A stretch of DNA of 64,000 nucleotides, from NCBI RefSeq assembly GCF_001194135.2, contig NC_068990.1, forward strand, positions 70,033,820 to 70,097,819. Reading direction: 5' to 3'. Below the pieces are notes generated by a model. It saw only the letters and a list, made by a program, of their open reading frames with translations, had not been told where the DNA came from and made no database searches. Position 1 is the stretch's first letter. Each line of letters opens with the position of its first letter. Source of the stretch: Octopus bimaculoides. Its lineage: Eukaryota. Below are positions 28,247-41,321 of this stretch, piece after piece. A program made the position numbers and the translations under genes.

Positions 28247-29515
28247 GTGAGTTAGAATTCATTTGTTCATTTGCTTTTATGTCCAATTTTCTATGATAGC
28301 ATGGATCAGGTAAATATATTATTGTGGCATTATTTTAAAGGTGGATACTCTTCCTGTTGCTAACCCTTGCCTGTTTTTCAAATAAGGGATTTCTCATTCT
28401 ATTCCCAGTCTTTGAAGGGACAAAGCCAGCAGGTGATTTCTTGACAAGGTAAACATCACCATCACATGTAGCTCAGCAGCTTTTGGAGAAGCACAAGTGT
28501 AAACACACATGCATACATACACACCTAACAGGCTTCTTTCAGTTTCTGTCTACCAAAGCCACTCTCAAGATTTTGGCCAGCCTGTAAAATAAGTAGAAGA
28601 CACTTGTCCAAGATGTTCTGTGGGATTGAACCCAAACCCTCGTGGTTGACAAGCAAATGTCTTAACCACACAGCCATGCTGTTACCTATACTATTAAATA
28701 ATTTATTTTTTTTAGATAATTAGACCATTTATCCCAAAAGTGTCTGTTTTATGGTGAGGTCACTACAGTGAGATTTCTCTAAACAATTACCAGAAGATGG
28801 AGCTATAATATTTCTGAATGGGTATTAATTATGTCTGTTAGGAAGCTTTACAAAGAGGCTGACCAAGGACCAGGATATCTGGTGCATTTCTGTACTCAAG
28901 AAGACCCATCTGCCACAGCAGAATTGATAACTCGTACTGGTGCCATGTTAAAAGCACTGGTGCTGGTTTCACGCAAAAAGCACCCGATATACTTTGTAGC
29001 CTAGTTGATACTATGAATGGCATAGAAATCATGCTAGAATCAGCCCATGCCAGCATAGAAAACGGTTCTCAAATGATGATGATGATGANNNNNNNNNNNN
29101 NNNNNNNNNNNNNNNNNNNNNNNNNNNNNNNNNNNNNNNNNNNNNNNNNNNNNNNNNNNNNNNNNNNNNNNNNNNNNNNNNNNNATCTTGCGCAATAATA
29201 TGATCACATTTATATCTACAACATATATATATATTCATGAACATACTTTCTGAATATACATAGCTGTCTAGTTAAGAATTTTGCTCCTGAACTATATGGT
29301 TTTAGGTTCAGTCCCAGTACACAGCATCTTGTTCAAATGGCTTTTACTATATCTTCAAGCTAGCCAAAATATTGTGAGTGAATTTGGTAGTTGGAAATTA
29401 ACATGAAGCTTGTCAGATGTGTGTGTGTGTGTGTATGTATATATATATATATATNNNNNNNNNNATATATATATATATATACGTGTGTGTGTGTGTGTGT
29501 TTGTTTGTTTGTTTA

Positions 29516-29906
29516 TTTATTTATTTTTTGTGTATCAAGGCTACCATTGGTTTCTTGTTAAGAAATACCTCAGCAATTATCAAGACCATCATGTGGAAAC
29601 ATCAGTGTCTGTCTCCATTTTGGNNNNNNNNNNNNNNNNNNNNNNNNNNNNNNNNNNNNNNNNNNNNNNNNNNNNNNNNNNNNNNNNNNNNNNNNNNNNN
29701 NNNNNNNNNNNNNNNNNNNNNNNNNNNNNNNNNNNNNNNNNNNNNNNNNNNNNNNNNNNNNNNNAAATAATAGATAGATATATATATATATATACATACT
29801 CCAAAATGGAGACAAGCACCGATGTTTCCATGTGACAGGCTTGATAATTGTTGCGGCATTCTTTAACGTGAAACCAATGGTAGCTTAAATACACAAAATA
29901 AATAAT
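29516..29906. mobile_element. Foldback element, about 105-bp inverted arms around a gapped (TA)n centre
   Basis: GCTACCATTGGTTTC...GGAAACATCAGTGTCTGTCTCCATTTTGG mirrored at 29801-29906. Confidence 0.6.
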
Positions 29907-30267
29907 TTTTATCCACCAATGCAGTGTTGAGCACTCATTCTCATTGTTCAATATTTATATATATATATATATGTACATATTTTGTGTGTTCTTGTCTTGA
30001 CATTGCACACTAAATGTAAACAAATATCACCATCATACATGTGATGTTGTTTATTTGCATTCTTCTATGAAAACAGACCAGGAGGAAAATATTACTTTGC
30101 TTTCTATCCAGTTAAAATGATCATCAGGCTGCAGAAAATCTGCCTCAAGAAATTTTGTCTGCTCCATACAAGTTTCAAAAATTAGATATTAAAATGATAA
30201 TGATGATTATATGCTATTGGTTTCTAAAACCTATTCTATCAATATTATATAAACTTTGATCTTACAG

Positions 30268-30369
30268 GTCACATGTTGAAAGATGATTCTGCTTGTGTAA
30301 GGAAATGTCCTCCAAACAAACAAGCAATCAACAACACCTGCGTACTGTGTGAAGGAGTTTGTCCAAAAA
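30268..30369 (+). CDS. EGFR: EGFR exon F, end of CR1 (S)HMLKDDSACVRKCP...CEGVCPK
   Basis: TTACAG acceptor, GTAAGT donor, 102 nt, phase 1-1. Confidence 0.94.
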
Positions 30370-30587
30370 GTAAGTGTACTTAATGCTTTCNNNNNNNNNN
30401 GTACTGTGTGAAGGAGTTTGTCCAAAAAGTAAGTGTACTTAATGCTTTCATTTTTGCTGGTTTCACCCATACATGTTATCTATATGTATATATAAATGTT
30501 GGGGAGAATCCATGTTACTGAAACTTACTTAACCTTTCAGTATTTAAANNNNNNNNNNTGGGGAGAATCCATGTTACTGAAACTTAC

Positions 30588-30813
30588 TTAACCTTTCAGT
30601 ATTTAAACCAGTCGTATCTGGTCCAAATATGCTGCCTGTTTTATGTTCAAATCAACCAGATCCAACCAAACACACGTACCCTTCAATGTCATTTTCAAAA
30701 TATACAATCACATCATTAAAATTTCGAATCTACAAAATAATGCATGATTAATTGAAATCAGTGTGAATGAAAAAGTATTACATTTGACAATAATCTGAAT
30801 GCTAAAGGGTTAA
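30588..30813. mobile_element. TTAA-flanked piggyBac-like MITE
   Basis: TTAA-CCTTTCAGTATT ... AATGCTAAAGGG-TTAA. Confidence 0.6.
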
Positions 30814-31823
30814 TGTAATCAGTTTTTGCTTTCAATCTAATTTTTGATTTTACAGATATTGAAAACAAATACACTATGAAGAGAGTATCCTATAAGTAAA
30901 CAATATCCTATATATAAGCAACATTTTCTAAATAAGCAATATTTTCTAAATAAGCCACATCTGATTGACGAGCTATGTCCTATAGATCAAATGTATCCCA
31001 CAGATCAGTCTCACCCCATAGATGAGTCACATCCCACAGATGATCCACATTTTAGGGATTAACTAACTGTATAATTAGTATAATTAAACTACATCCATAA
31101 ATAAACCAGATGCTAATAACTGAAGTAGAACTTAAGAGGAGACAACTAGCTTAGTAGAGAAGATAGGTTACTGAAGTTTATGAACAGAATGTTATTGTCA
31201 ATCATGATTGGCCGAGACTGGTGCCTGGCCAAACAACTAATTTTGGCATTATACTTTTGTCACTGTGGTTGACTTCAGGTAATGTTATATTGCTGCAATA
31301 ATTTTATTTTTATTCATTTTCAAAATTCCTATGACTTATTAATATGGACATCATTAAGAACAATTCAACATATACTTCAATACAGCATCACTACATTGAA
31401 GACTGTTGTTAGGAAGGCATTCGGGTATATCCACAAGAAGCAAAGAGGATACATAGTCTTTTTCTTNNNNNNNNNNCATTCGGGTATATCCACAAGAAGC
31501 AAAGAGGATACATAGTCTTTTTCTTCTGCATTATATATATATATATAGTTGTGGTATATTCTGTTAAGAATGTAGTAGAGTACAGTATAAAGCTCATCCA
31601 GCTTCAGATTTCACCCTGTGCTATCCAGGTTTGCATTTGTTTACAAAATAACCTTCTACAAGTAAGACAGTAGACCGGCTAAAGAGAGAGAGTAGTATCA
31701 GGGAAAGGAGAGGAGAGAAAAAAGTAATACAGTGAAGGAGAGGCAGAGAGAGTAATAGCTATGACTGAGAGAGTGAGAGAAAGTAATGACTGTTTGAGAA
31801 AGAACACAGTGTATCTTCATATA

Positions 31824-31865
<42 letters not shown>

Positions 31866-32200
31866 NNNNNNNNNNNNNNNNNNNNNNNNNNNNNNNNNNN
31901 NNNNNNNNNNNNNNNNNNNNNNNNNNNNNNNNNNNNNNNNNNNNNNNNNNNNNNNNNNNNNNNNNNNNNTATATATACAATGGGCTTCTTTCAGTTTCCA
32001 TCTACCAAATCCACTTACAAGACTTTGTTCAGTTCGAAGCTACAGTGGAAGGCACTTGCCCAAGGTGCCATGCAGTGGGACTGAACCTGGAACCATGNNN
32101 NNNNNNNCCCAAGGTGCCATGCAGTGGGACTGAACCTGGAACCATGTAGTTGGGAAGTAAACTTCTTACGACACAGCCAAACCTGCACCTGTGTCTGTAG

Positions 32201-32240
<40 letters not shown>

Positions 32241-32304
32241 GTATANNNNNNNNNNNNNNNNNNNNNNNNNNNNNNNNNNNNNNNNNNNNNNNNNNNNNNN
32301 ATAC

Positions 32305-32342
<38 letters not shown>

Positions 32343-33610
32343 GTATCAATAAATACACTACATGCCACTTTGTGTGATGTTTTTCTTGATCCAAGTCCTA
32401 CCTCTAAATGAAGGCAACAGCCATGGTAGTAAAAATAGGAAAAAGAGCAGATAGAGAAATTGTAGTAGTAGGAGTTAAAGGCAGAGGAGGTGAATTATTA
32501 ATTGTTATTTTATAGCAGGAGGTATAGCAAAAGTAATAGACAGTGAGAAGTGCGGGACAAAGAGTTATTCCATATAAGGTTATTTGACATGCTCAGCATG
32601 ACCAAGCAAGCAACAATGAGAATTTTTATTCTATGAGCATTTTTATTCCCATTTTTACATTTTAATTTTTCATGTGTTGTATAGATCCATAAATTGAAAT
32701 GTAGTTTTGACATCTATCAGTGCACAATNNNNNNNNNNTATAGATCCATAAATTGAAATGTAGTTTTGACATCTATCAGTGCACAATATTTTGTTTATTC
32801 CTCAGTCTTTGAAATTATCTATCAAAGAACCAATATCTCAGATCTTTTCTGTTTGGCTGCTCCTGTGGAAATTTTGAAGTTTAGTGAAGATTTTAAAATT
32901 TGGTGTATTGATGTAATTTTCCATGTCGAGTCTCATGGGCTAATTCACTTCCAGAAAATTTTTTTTTCAAATTAAAGAGGTTTGATCATTTTTACCCAGT
33001 CAGAAAAGAGGATTTGGAAGCTATCATTTTGTGCGTGACTGCACCTATTGTCAACTATAAACAAATGAAGTATTGATGGAATTCTGCTTTATGCTTGCCA
33101 CATAACCCCTCATAACTTTTTTATATTTTGGAAATTTCAGAAAATTTATGCGAATTTGTATTCTACATGTGAGAATTCATACAATTATGCAAAAGCCAAA
33201 AGAAATTTTGGTGCATGATTTAAAGCCTATTCAGCTATTATTTTTAGCACATCTCATGACCACCTCATACCTCATGTGTTTTAAGCATTTAATAATCAAA
33301 AAATGATTACGTGGGTAAGCAGCTTAGTAACTGAATGATTTGTTACTACGGAAACAAGCACCTATGTCTGTGGCTTTCAAATTGGCTAAAATTACCCAAA
33401 ATTTGCAAACTTTAAAAACTGTTANNNNNNNNNNNNNNNNNNNNNNNNNNNNNNNNNNNNNNNNNNNNNNNNNNNNNNNNNNNNNNNNNNNNNNNNNNNN
33501 NNNNNNNNNNNNNNNNNNNNNNNNTTACCTACCTTTTTCCCCTCTTTCTTTAACCTAACAATATCATAAACCATTGTACCACACTAAAATGTTAATCTAT
33601 TTCTTTCTAG

Positions 33611-33716
33611 CTTGCAATGGAACTAAAAGTTGGTTGAATTCAAAAAACATTGCTTCTTTCAAAGACTGTACCATTATCGAAGGCAATTTAATTATGTTAG
33701 GTGTAACATTTAAAGG
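33611..33716 (+). CDS. EGFR: EGFR exon G, start of L2 (T)CNGTKSWLNSKNIASFKDCTIIEGNLIML
   Basis: TTTCTAG acceptor, GTAAGT donor, 106 nt, phase 1-2. Confidence 0.94.
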
Positions 33717-33769
33717 GTAAGTTGTTTTGATTTTGACACGTTGAGTTCTTGTGGCCAATAAAATTAAAC

Positions 33770-33931
<162 letters not shown>

Positions 33932-35859
33932 AAAGGATAAAAATTTATTCACACTATGCACTAGTGAGATAAATATTTATTCACTCCCTGCACTTGTAAA
34001 ATAAATATTTATTCATCTCCAGCATTTTCTCAGGTAAATATTTATGAATCCCCAGCATTTATAAGATAAATATATTTATTTCATTCAGCCTTCCATAGCT
34101 TGAAGTATCCAGTAATAACTGTTTAAACCCTGTTGGCTTCATGTAGAAAAGGGGGAAAGCAGGAGTTGTGGCTTTCATGCCTTTCACAAGGCTAAGTATT
34201 GGAAGTATCAGTGAAGGGAAATTATACCTGCCAGTTAAACTATGGTGTACAAGCCAACAGGTTAGATCCTGTGTGATTGCTTAAACTGGTAAAAATAGCA
34301 GCGAAATATCCCTCAACTTCACACTCTACTATCTTAAAAATGTAAGAACATATTAGATAATGTAGTCCTAGATAAACTATGTCTGTAAAAAGTGACATGG
34401 TCACATCTGGAATGTCTTTGATGATTCAATCAGTCAGGACTGAATTAGTGGTTAGCTACTAATATCTATCTAGTTACTAACTAACCACTTATTGCCTACT
34501 CTCTGGTGGTCATGCTTTAACATCATAACTTCTTGCTTTGCAGTCATGAGGTTTGGGGTTTGGTCCCACTATGTGATACCTTGGGCAAGTATCTTCTATT
34601 ATAGCCCTAGGCCAACCAATGTCTTGTGAGCGAAATTGGTAGATGGAAACTGTGAAAGTCCATCTTATATATGTTTCTGTGTGTTTGTGTCTGTGTTACT
34701 CCCCTCCCCCACTGCCTGACAATTAGTGTTGGTTTGTTTTTGTCCCTGTAATCTAGTAGTTCAGCAAAAGAGAGCAACAGGATAAGTACAGGAGTCAATT
34801 TGTTGGACTAAAACCATTCAAGGTGGTGCCCCAGGATTACCACAGTCCACTGACTGAAACGAGTAAAAGTTAAAAGATGGACATGTTAGTGGATGACAGA
34901 TAGTGCACCACACTTTAGTTTGTATTCAGTTTGTCTTTTTTCAGTCTGAGTTCAAATTTTGCCAAAGTCAACTTTGTCCTTTCATCTACCCTGGGGCATC
35001 CAAAAGTTAAATATTGATGTTGACTTGATCAATATGTTACTCTCTCAATATTTGTGGTTATATATATAAATGATAGCAATTACTATCTAAATATTTGTAA
35101 AGGTGCTGGTGCCATATAGAAATAAACAATGTCCGTGAAAGCTTCCTGGTCACAAATATTTGTTAGTGTTGGTGCCATGTAAAAAGCACTGGTGATGGTG
35201 CCACATAAAATCACTGGTGATAGTGCCATGTAAAAAGCACCCATTACACTCTGTAAAGTGGTTGGCATTAGGAAACATATCCAGCTGTAGAAATTAAGCT
35301 AAAACAGAGTATGGAACCAGTTGCAGCTTCTGTCAAGTCATCCAATCCATGCCAGCATGGAAAACAAACTTTACATGATGTTGATGACAAGAATCCTTGT
35401 CTAAATGCTTTTGGAAATTACTTTCTATCATAAGTGTGGTCTTATTTCTCTCTGACTCTACCTTCAAACTTTTGGGGTTGACAAAAGTTAATATCAATCA
35501 TTTACTGAGATTAATTTAACTGACTCCCTCTGTCTCAGTTCCCAGACCTTCAGTACTAAGCAACTTTCCCTATCATTTTCCTAGAATTCATCTGTCTGGA
35601 ATTCTGCCCTTATCATTTACCTTTTGTCTTATATATTTTTGTTTCAATCATTGGACTGCAGCCATACTGGAGCACCACCTTCAAGGGTGTTAGTCAAACA
35701 AATAGACCTAATACTTGTTGTTTTTTTTTAAGTCTGGTACTTATTCTATTGGTCTCTTTTTGCCAAACTGCTAAGTTACAGGAATGTAATCAAACCAACA
35801 CCAGTTGTCAAGTGGTAGTGGGAGGCAAGCACAATACACAGACGTACATGTAGATATAT

Positions 35860-35900
<41 letters not shown>

Positions 35901-35910
35901 NNNNNNNNNN

Positions 35911-35948
<38 letters not shown>

Positions 35949-36326
35949 CGGGCTTCTTCCAGTTGCCACCTATCAAATTCACTCACAAGACTTAGGTTTG
36001 TCTAGAGTTATATGATAGCAGAAGACTACTGTAATTGGGAAGCTAGCTTCTTATCCACACAGCCACAATTTTCCAGCAAACATTGACTTGGATCTGTTAT
36101 ATTCAATCTGAATATAACTGGTATGAACTTCAAGCTTTGAAGGGCTGGCAGGTGACAAAGTGGGAGATGCACTATCCTCCACTTCAGACTATTTTATACA
36201 ATTTTTTTTACAAAACACCTCTAGAATTATATGAAATCAATGTATGGTCCTTCAGTAGAAGGTGATTTTGTGTTGCAACTTTTAATGTTTGAATGTTGTT
36301 TTGAATCATGTTCTTGTTTATTTTAG

Positions 36327-36494
36327 GGATCCCAGTTTTCTAATTAGGCCTCTAGTTCTGAAACACCTTGACAATTTAAACAGCGTGCAAGAAATAACTG
36401 GACGTTTCACCATACAGGAAAGTCCTGTGGAACTAAAGAATCTCTCCTTCTTCAAAAACTTGGAAGTCATTGGTGGACGAAACGAAGCTGTCCT
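36327..36494 (+). CDS. EGFR: EGFR exon H, L2 DPSFLIRPL...VQEITG...LSFFKNLEVIGGR
   Basis: TTTTAG acceptor, GTAAGT donor, 168 nt, phase 2-2. Confidence 0.94.
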
Positions 36495-36687
36495 GTAAGT
36501 CTAATTAAGTATATGTGTGTATGAGTGAAAGAACATATGCATGTGTGTGTATTTGGAAAACAATTCTTATTTTTTGCGATACCGATTGAAATACTTATCA
36601 ATGTACAACAATCTAAATATTCACTGCCCACCCCAAACTCTGTAATCACTTCTCCTCTGTTTTTTATATCTCCTCTCTCTCTCTCTT

Positions 36688-36739
<52 letters not shown>

Positions 36740-36941
36740 CTGCTTTCTCCTTCTCTCTTGCTTTCTATCTCATCCATTCTTTCTCCCATACTTTCTATCT
36801 CACCTATTCTCCTTCCTCTCCTTTCTCTCCCCCACACTCTTTCTTAAATTACTGCTATTGTCTAGACTTCTGGCTCCTTATTAACCCTTTACCTTTCATT
36901 ATCCCTATCACTAATTCCACATACAACAACAATTATATCTT

Positions 36942-37487
36942 AGTGGAAGAGGTAGGCCCAGGAAGACCTGGGCTGAGGTGGTGAGGCAAGACCTTCGAAC
37001 ATTGGGCCTCACCGAGGCGATGACTACTGACCGAGACCTTTGGAAATGTGCTGTGCGTGAGAAGACCCGGCAAGCCAAGTGAGATCGTTGCCAGTGCCCC
37101 TGGACTGGCTCTTGTGCGGGTGGCACATAAGATGTACCGTCCTGATCCATCCTGAGCGTGACCGTTGCCAGTACTGCCTGACTGGCCCTGTAGGGTTTTC
37201 GAGCGAGATCGTTGCCAGTGCCCCTGGACTGGCTCTTGTGCGGGTGGCACATAAAAGACACCATTTCGAGCGTGGCCGTTTTCGTGCGGGTGGCACATAA
37301 AAGCACCCACTACACTCTCTGAGTGGTTGGCGTTAGGAAGGGCATCCAGCTGTAGAAACTCTGCCAAATTAGATTGGAGCCTGGTGTAGCCATCCGGTTG
37401 CACCAGTCCTCAGTCAAATCGTCCAACCCATGCTAGCATGGAAAGCGGCCGTTAAACGGTGATGATGATGATGATGATGATGATGAT
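36942..37487 (+). mobile_element. 5'-truncated RTE-clade LINE (ORF C-terminus, 3' UTR, (GAT)n tail)
   Basis: 36942-37082 reads SGRGRPRKTWAEVVRQDLRTLGLTEAMTTDRDLWKCAVREKTRQAK*, an RTE C-terminal pattern (GRPxxTW...DR..W). Confidence 0.85.
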
Positions 37488-38609
37488 CAGTAATAACAAA
37501 TTCCATCAAATATTTACAGCAAGCTGTCAAAACACTTCATACTTGCTTTTGTCCTGAACAAACCCAAATGCATTTGTTGCTTCCTAAAATCCATATTGAC
37601 CCTTGTCAATCTGCCAGAAATCCTCACTGTGTATGTTTTCTCTAGCCAACTGTTTGCACCTGACTGTACAGAAATAGATATTTCCCTGATCCAGTTGCAC
37701 TTTTTCAACACCCTCGTCATGCCTTCCCACCTTTTGTTTTGTTGTTCTTTTTGTTTTGTTTTGTTTTTTATATATCCCTGCTAACATTCTGGTCTTTTTT
37801 CTCAAATGTACACTTTACTCTTCCAAGTTTCTGTTTGCCAGTCAAAGTTGAACTTCATTGTGAAGTTTTTAAAGGCTTGGATGAACAGAACCTTCACAGA
37901 ACCTGGTCCTAATACCCTCTGTCAAGACCTTTAAAACATCTCATCCATTTCTCTTTCCTGACACACTATTTTTCTGTTTACCGTTTTGTTAGTCAAAAGT
38001 CCTTTTATTTTAATTACTTTTTCCCTTAAACTGCTACTCTTTGTAACTCAATACCATCATCTTGTTTTCTTATGGACTGTGAAATTCAGCCCTTTAGGCT
38101 TTGTATCAATCAACATATTTTGAATTTGTTGGCTCCTTCTTTTCCTTCTTTGTGATCCCTTATATTACAAAGCCTCAAGTGTTGTTTGGGTCAAAATCAT
38201 TTAAAACAAAAAGACAGTACACCTTTTTTATCAATCAAACTTGAATTTCATTGTGATGTCTTTAATGACTTGGGTAAAGAAAAGACAAGAGGACCATAGC
38301 AAACCCCTTTTTATTGATTAAATTTCACTGTATTGAGAACCAGTTGTAGGACTATTTAATTCTTTTATTCATGATATGTGAATTGCTCTAGAATAGTTTA
38401 TCAGCAGCTTACATTCACACCTGGCTTTCTGATTTTCGTGTACAGAATTCCACTAGAAGCCTTCTCTTTGTTGACAAAATCATTTATCAAATGATAAACT
38501 GACAAATACAAAACTTATATGCTGACCTTGTTAGTGCCAGTATCATATAAAAAGCACCCAGTACACATTGTAAGGAAGGGCACGCTGCCATAGAAATCAT
38601 ATCATATAT

Positions 38610-38932
38610 TCTTATTTCATTTGCTTTATCTAGTGTGATGTTGCTACTCTTAACTAATTTTCCTCTTTTCAAGGTTGCTTTGACACATTTTTCTAAGCCA
38701 AATTTCATGTTTATTTCTTTGGTAAATCCATGTATTGTCTGTAGTAATGTTTCCAGCTGTTAATCATTTGTAGTATACAGTTTTAGATCATCCATATATA
38801 AGAGGCGGCTGACTGTTTTGCTGTAACAGTTGTATCCACATCCATTTCTGTTTAGCAAGTCAGATAAAAGTGTCAGTGCCAAGCAGAAAGTGAGTGGAGA
38901 GAGTGTGTCTCCCATGAATATTCCTCTTCTAA

Positions 38933-38933
<1 letters not shown>
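38610..38933 (-). mobile_element. Reverse transcriptase fragment of an R4/Dong-like non-LTR retrotransposon
   Basis: IRRGIFMGDTLSPLTFCLAL...LLYMDDLKLY..*QLETLL...INMKFGLEKCVKATLKRGK in one frame with a single stop. Confidence 0.85.
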
Positions 38934-38967
<34 letters not shown>

Positions 38968-38990
38968 TCTTTTTTTTTTTTTGTTTTCAG

Positions 38991-39181
38991 AGGAAAATCC
39001 CTTTTTATTTTGAAGACACAACTTGAATTTCTGGGGTTGACCAAACTAAAACATATCCGCAATGGCAATGTGGTAATCAAGCATAATGATAACTTGTGCT
39101 ATGCTGAAACCATAAAGTTCAATTCAATATTTACATCTCCCGGACAGAAACCGTATGTCTCTGAAAATGGTAACAACTGCG
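38991..39181 (+). CDS. EGFR: EGFR exon I, end of L2 GKSLFILKTQLEFLGLTKLKHIRNGNV...NLCYAETI
   Basis: Poly-T + TTTTCAG acceptor, GTAGGT donor, 191 nt, phase 2-1. Confidence 0.93.
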
Positions 39182-39288
39182 GTAGGTGACAGTACTCTTA
39201 ACTTTAACCTACTTTAATGCTTAGGTGTTCAGATTTGTTCATATCGATGTAGAAATATAAAAACAACATAAATTCAAGTATATGTATA

Positions 39289-39556
39289 TATCATCATCAT
39301 CATCATCATCATCATCGTTTAACATCCGCTTTCCATGCTAGCATGGGTTGAACGATTTGACTGAGGACTGGTGAAACTGGATGGCAACACCAGGCTCCAA
39401 TCTAAATTTGGCAGAGTTTCTACAGCTGGATGCCCTTCCTAACGCCAACCACTCAGAGAGTGTAGTAGGTGCTTTTACGTGTCACCTGCACGAAGGCCAG
39501 TCAGGCGATACTGGCAACGGCCACGCTCGAAATGGTGTCTTTTATGTGCCACCCAC
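39289..39556 (-). mobile_element. RTE LINE 3' end (cut by assembly gap)
   Basis: Near-identical reverse complement of the 36942-37487 3' UTR with a (CAT)n tail. Confidence 0.85.
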
Positions 39557-40115
39557 NNNNNNNNNNNNNNNNNNNNNNNNNNNNNNNNNNNNNNNNNNNN
39601 NNNNNNNNNNNNNNNNNNNNNNNNNNNNNNNNNNNNNNNNNNNNNNNNNNNNNNNNNNNNNNNNNNNNNNNNNNNNNNNNNNNNNNNNNNNNNNNNNNNN
39701 NNNNNNNNNNNNNNNNNNNNNNNNNNNNNNNNNNNNNNNNNNNNNNNNNNNNNNNNNNNNNNNNNNNNTATATATATATATATATATATATATATTATGC
39801 ATCTGTGGAGTGCTCAGCCACTTGCACATTACTTCCATGAGCAGGTTGTTCTACTGATCAGATCAACTGGCACTCATGCTATTGTAACCAACTGAGAGCC
39901 AGGCCATCATATTTTCAACTCTCAAAAAACATCTAGTATAAAACCATCTCCCTCAACGCTATTCCCTCCCACTTGGTTGAGTGAGTCTTGTCTTGTCTTG
40001 TGAGTTACTTGGTGACTTCACCAGTGCTGGTGCCAGGTAAAAAGCACACAGCATACTCAGTGAAGTGATTGGGGTTAGGAAGGGCATCCAACTGTAGAAA
40101 TCATACCTAAAATTA

Positions 40116-41321
40116 TCAGGCTGAGTAAAAAGTAAGCAACATTTTGAAACATAAAATTCATCACAATATATTTCAACAATGTGGAAATTTTATTCATCAA
40201 AGTACCATTACAATCAACACATTTTTGCCAACAAGTTACAAGTCTGTTTATTCCGGTAGCATAAAAATCTGGATTTCTGAAGCTAATGAACTCTTTGAAT
40301 GCACTTTCAGCATCAGTTTGATTTTTTTAACTCCTTCTCTCACAGGAAAGCATCAAGGTGCTTGAAAAAGTGGTAATCAGTAAGAGAAAGGTCTGGGGAA
40401 TATGGTGGGTGGGGAAAAACTACATAGCCAAGTTCCTCAACTTCTAGAGTGTCATTGGTGAAATGTGTGGTTGAGCATTGTCATGAAGAATGGTTGGTCC
40501 TCTTCTGTTGACCAGTCTGGGACAGAGGAGTAACAGTTTTTCATTCATTTTGGCAATCTCATGGCAATATGTTTCTGCAGTAATGGTTTTTCCAGGTTTT
40601 AAAAAGTTTTAGTGGATGAGTCCAGCAGTGCACCACCAGACAGTCAACATAACCTTCTTTTTGAAGAGCCTGGGTTTAGGGAAGGTTTTCAGTGCTTCAT
40701 TTTGGTCCAACCACCGTGAAAAATTCTTTTTATTACTGTATAGAATCCACTTTTCATCACAAGTTACAGATTTTCTGATTTTCATTCAAATCATGTGGTA
40801 CCCATTTGTCAAGCTTTTTTTGATTTTCCGATCACATGCAAATGGTTGCAGGCAGTTTTCTGGCTGACTTGAAGTTCTTTTGCCAGTTCTCAAGTGGTTT
40901 TACATGGATCTTTCTCAATGACATTCTTTAATTGACCACAGATGGGTGTCCACTATGCTCACAATCTTCAAGGCTCAGATCTTTACTCGAAGTTGTTTGA
41001 ATCATTTTCAAGCTGACCACTCGCTGATCATTTTCTCACCAAATGTTTTGTTGATATCATGAGCAGTTTCAACTGCTTTACGTACTTTTTTGAAGTTGAA
41101 TATCAAAATTACTTGAATATCGCACTTTGACAGTTCCATTTCAGATGACTGTAACAACAGTGAAAAAATATCAATGTTAATTTATTGATGCATTTGGGCA
41201 AGTCTATGTATGTATTATCAGACAAATCAAAAAAAATGCTTAGATAAAATTCAAAACTCTGCAAAAATCTGATACAAATTCTTCATGTTTCAAAATGTTG
41301 CTTACTTTCTACTCAAGCTGA
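40116..41321 (-). mobile_element. Near full-length degenerate mariner (DD34D) transposon
   Basis: 37-bp TIRs (34/37 identical), TA on both sides; minus-strand remnants WVPHDL, CDEKWILY, HDNA, YSPDLS..DY; many stops and frameshifts; ATG at 41139. Confidence 0.92.

Noticed and set aside
30342-30449. Apparent duplicate of the 3' end and donor of exon F
   Set aside because: Exact 49-bp overlap around a 10-N gap; the same 49-bp pattern recurs at many gaps, so it is an unmerged contig overlap.
12606-32787. Many short direct repeats flanking 10-N gaps (e.g. 12606, 12841, 17742, 18425, 18966, 19530, 20433, 23772, 23939, 25020, 30500, 31418, 32049, 32680)
   Set aside because: Uniform length (49 bp where I counted) and position at gaps indicate assembly artefacts, not TSDs or CRISPR-like repeats.
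37900-37960. Minus-strand peptide RKEKWMRCFKG resembling G-alpha switch region
   Set aside because: Short, with no flanking G-alpha motifs or splice context; likely chance.
39361-39380. CUGAGGA-CUGGU-GAAAC in antisense RTE tails
   Set aside because: No credible stem II or stem I partner.
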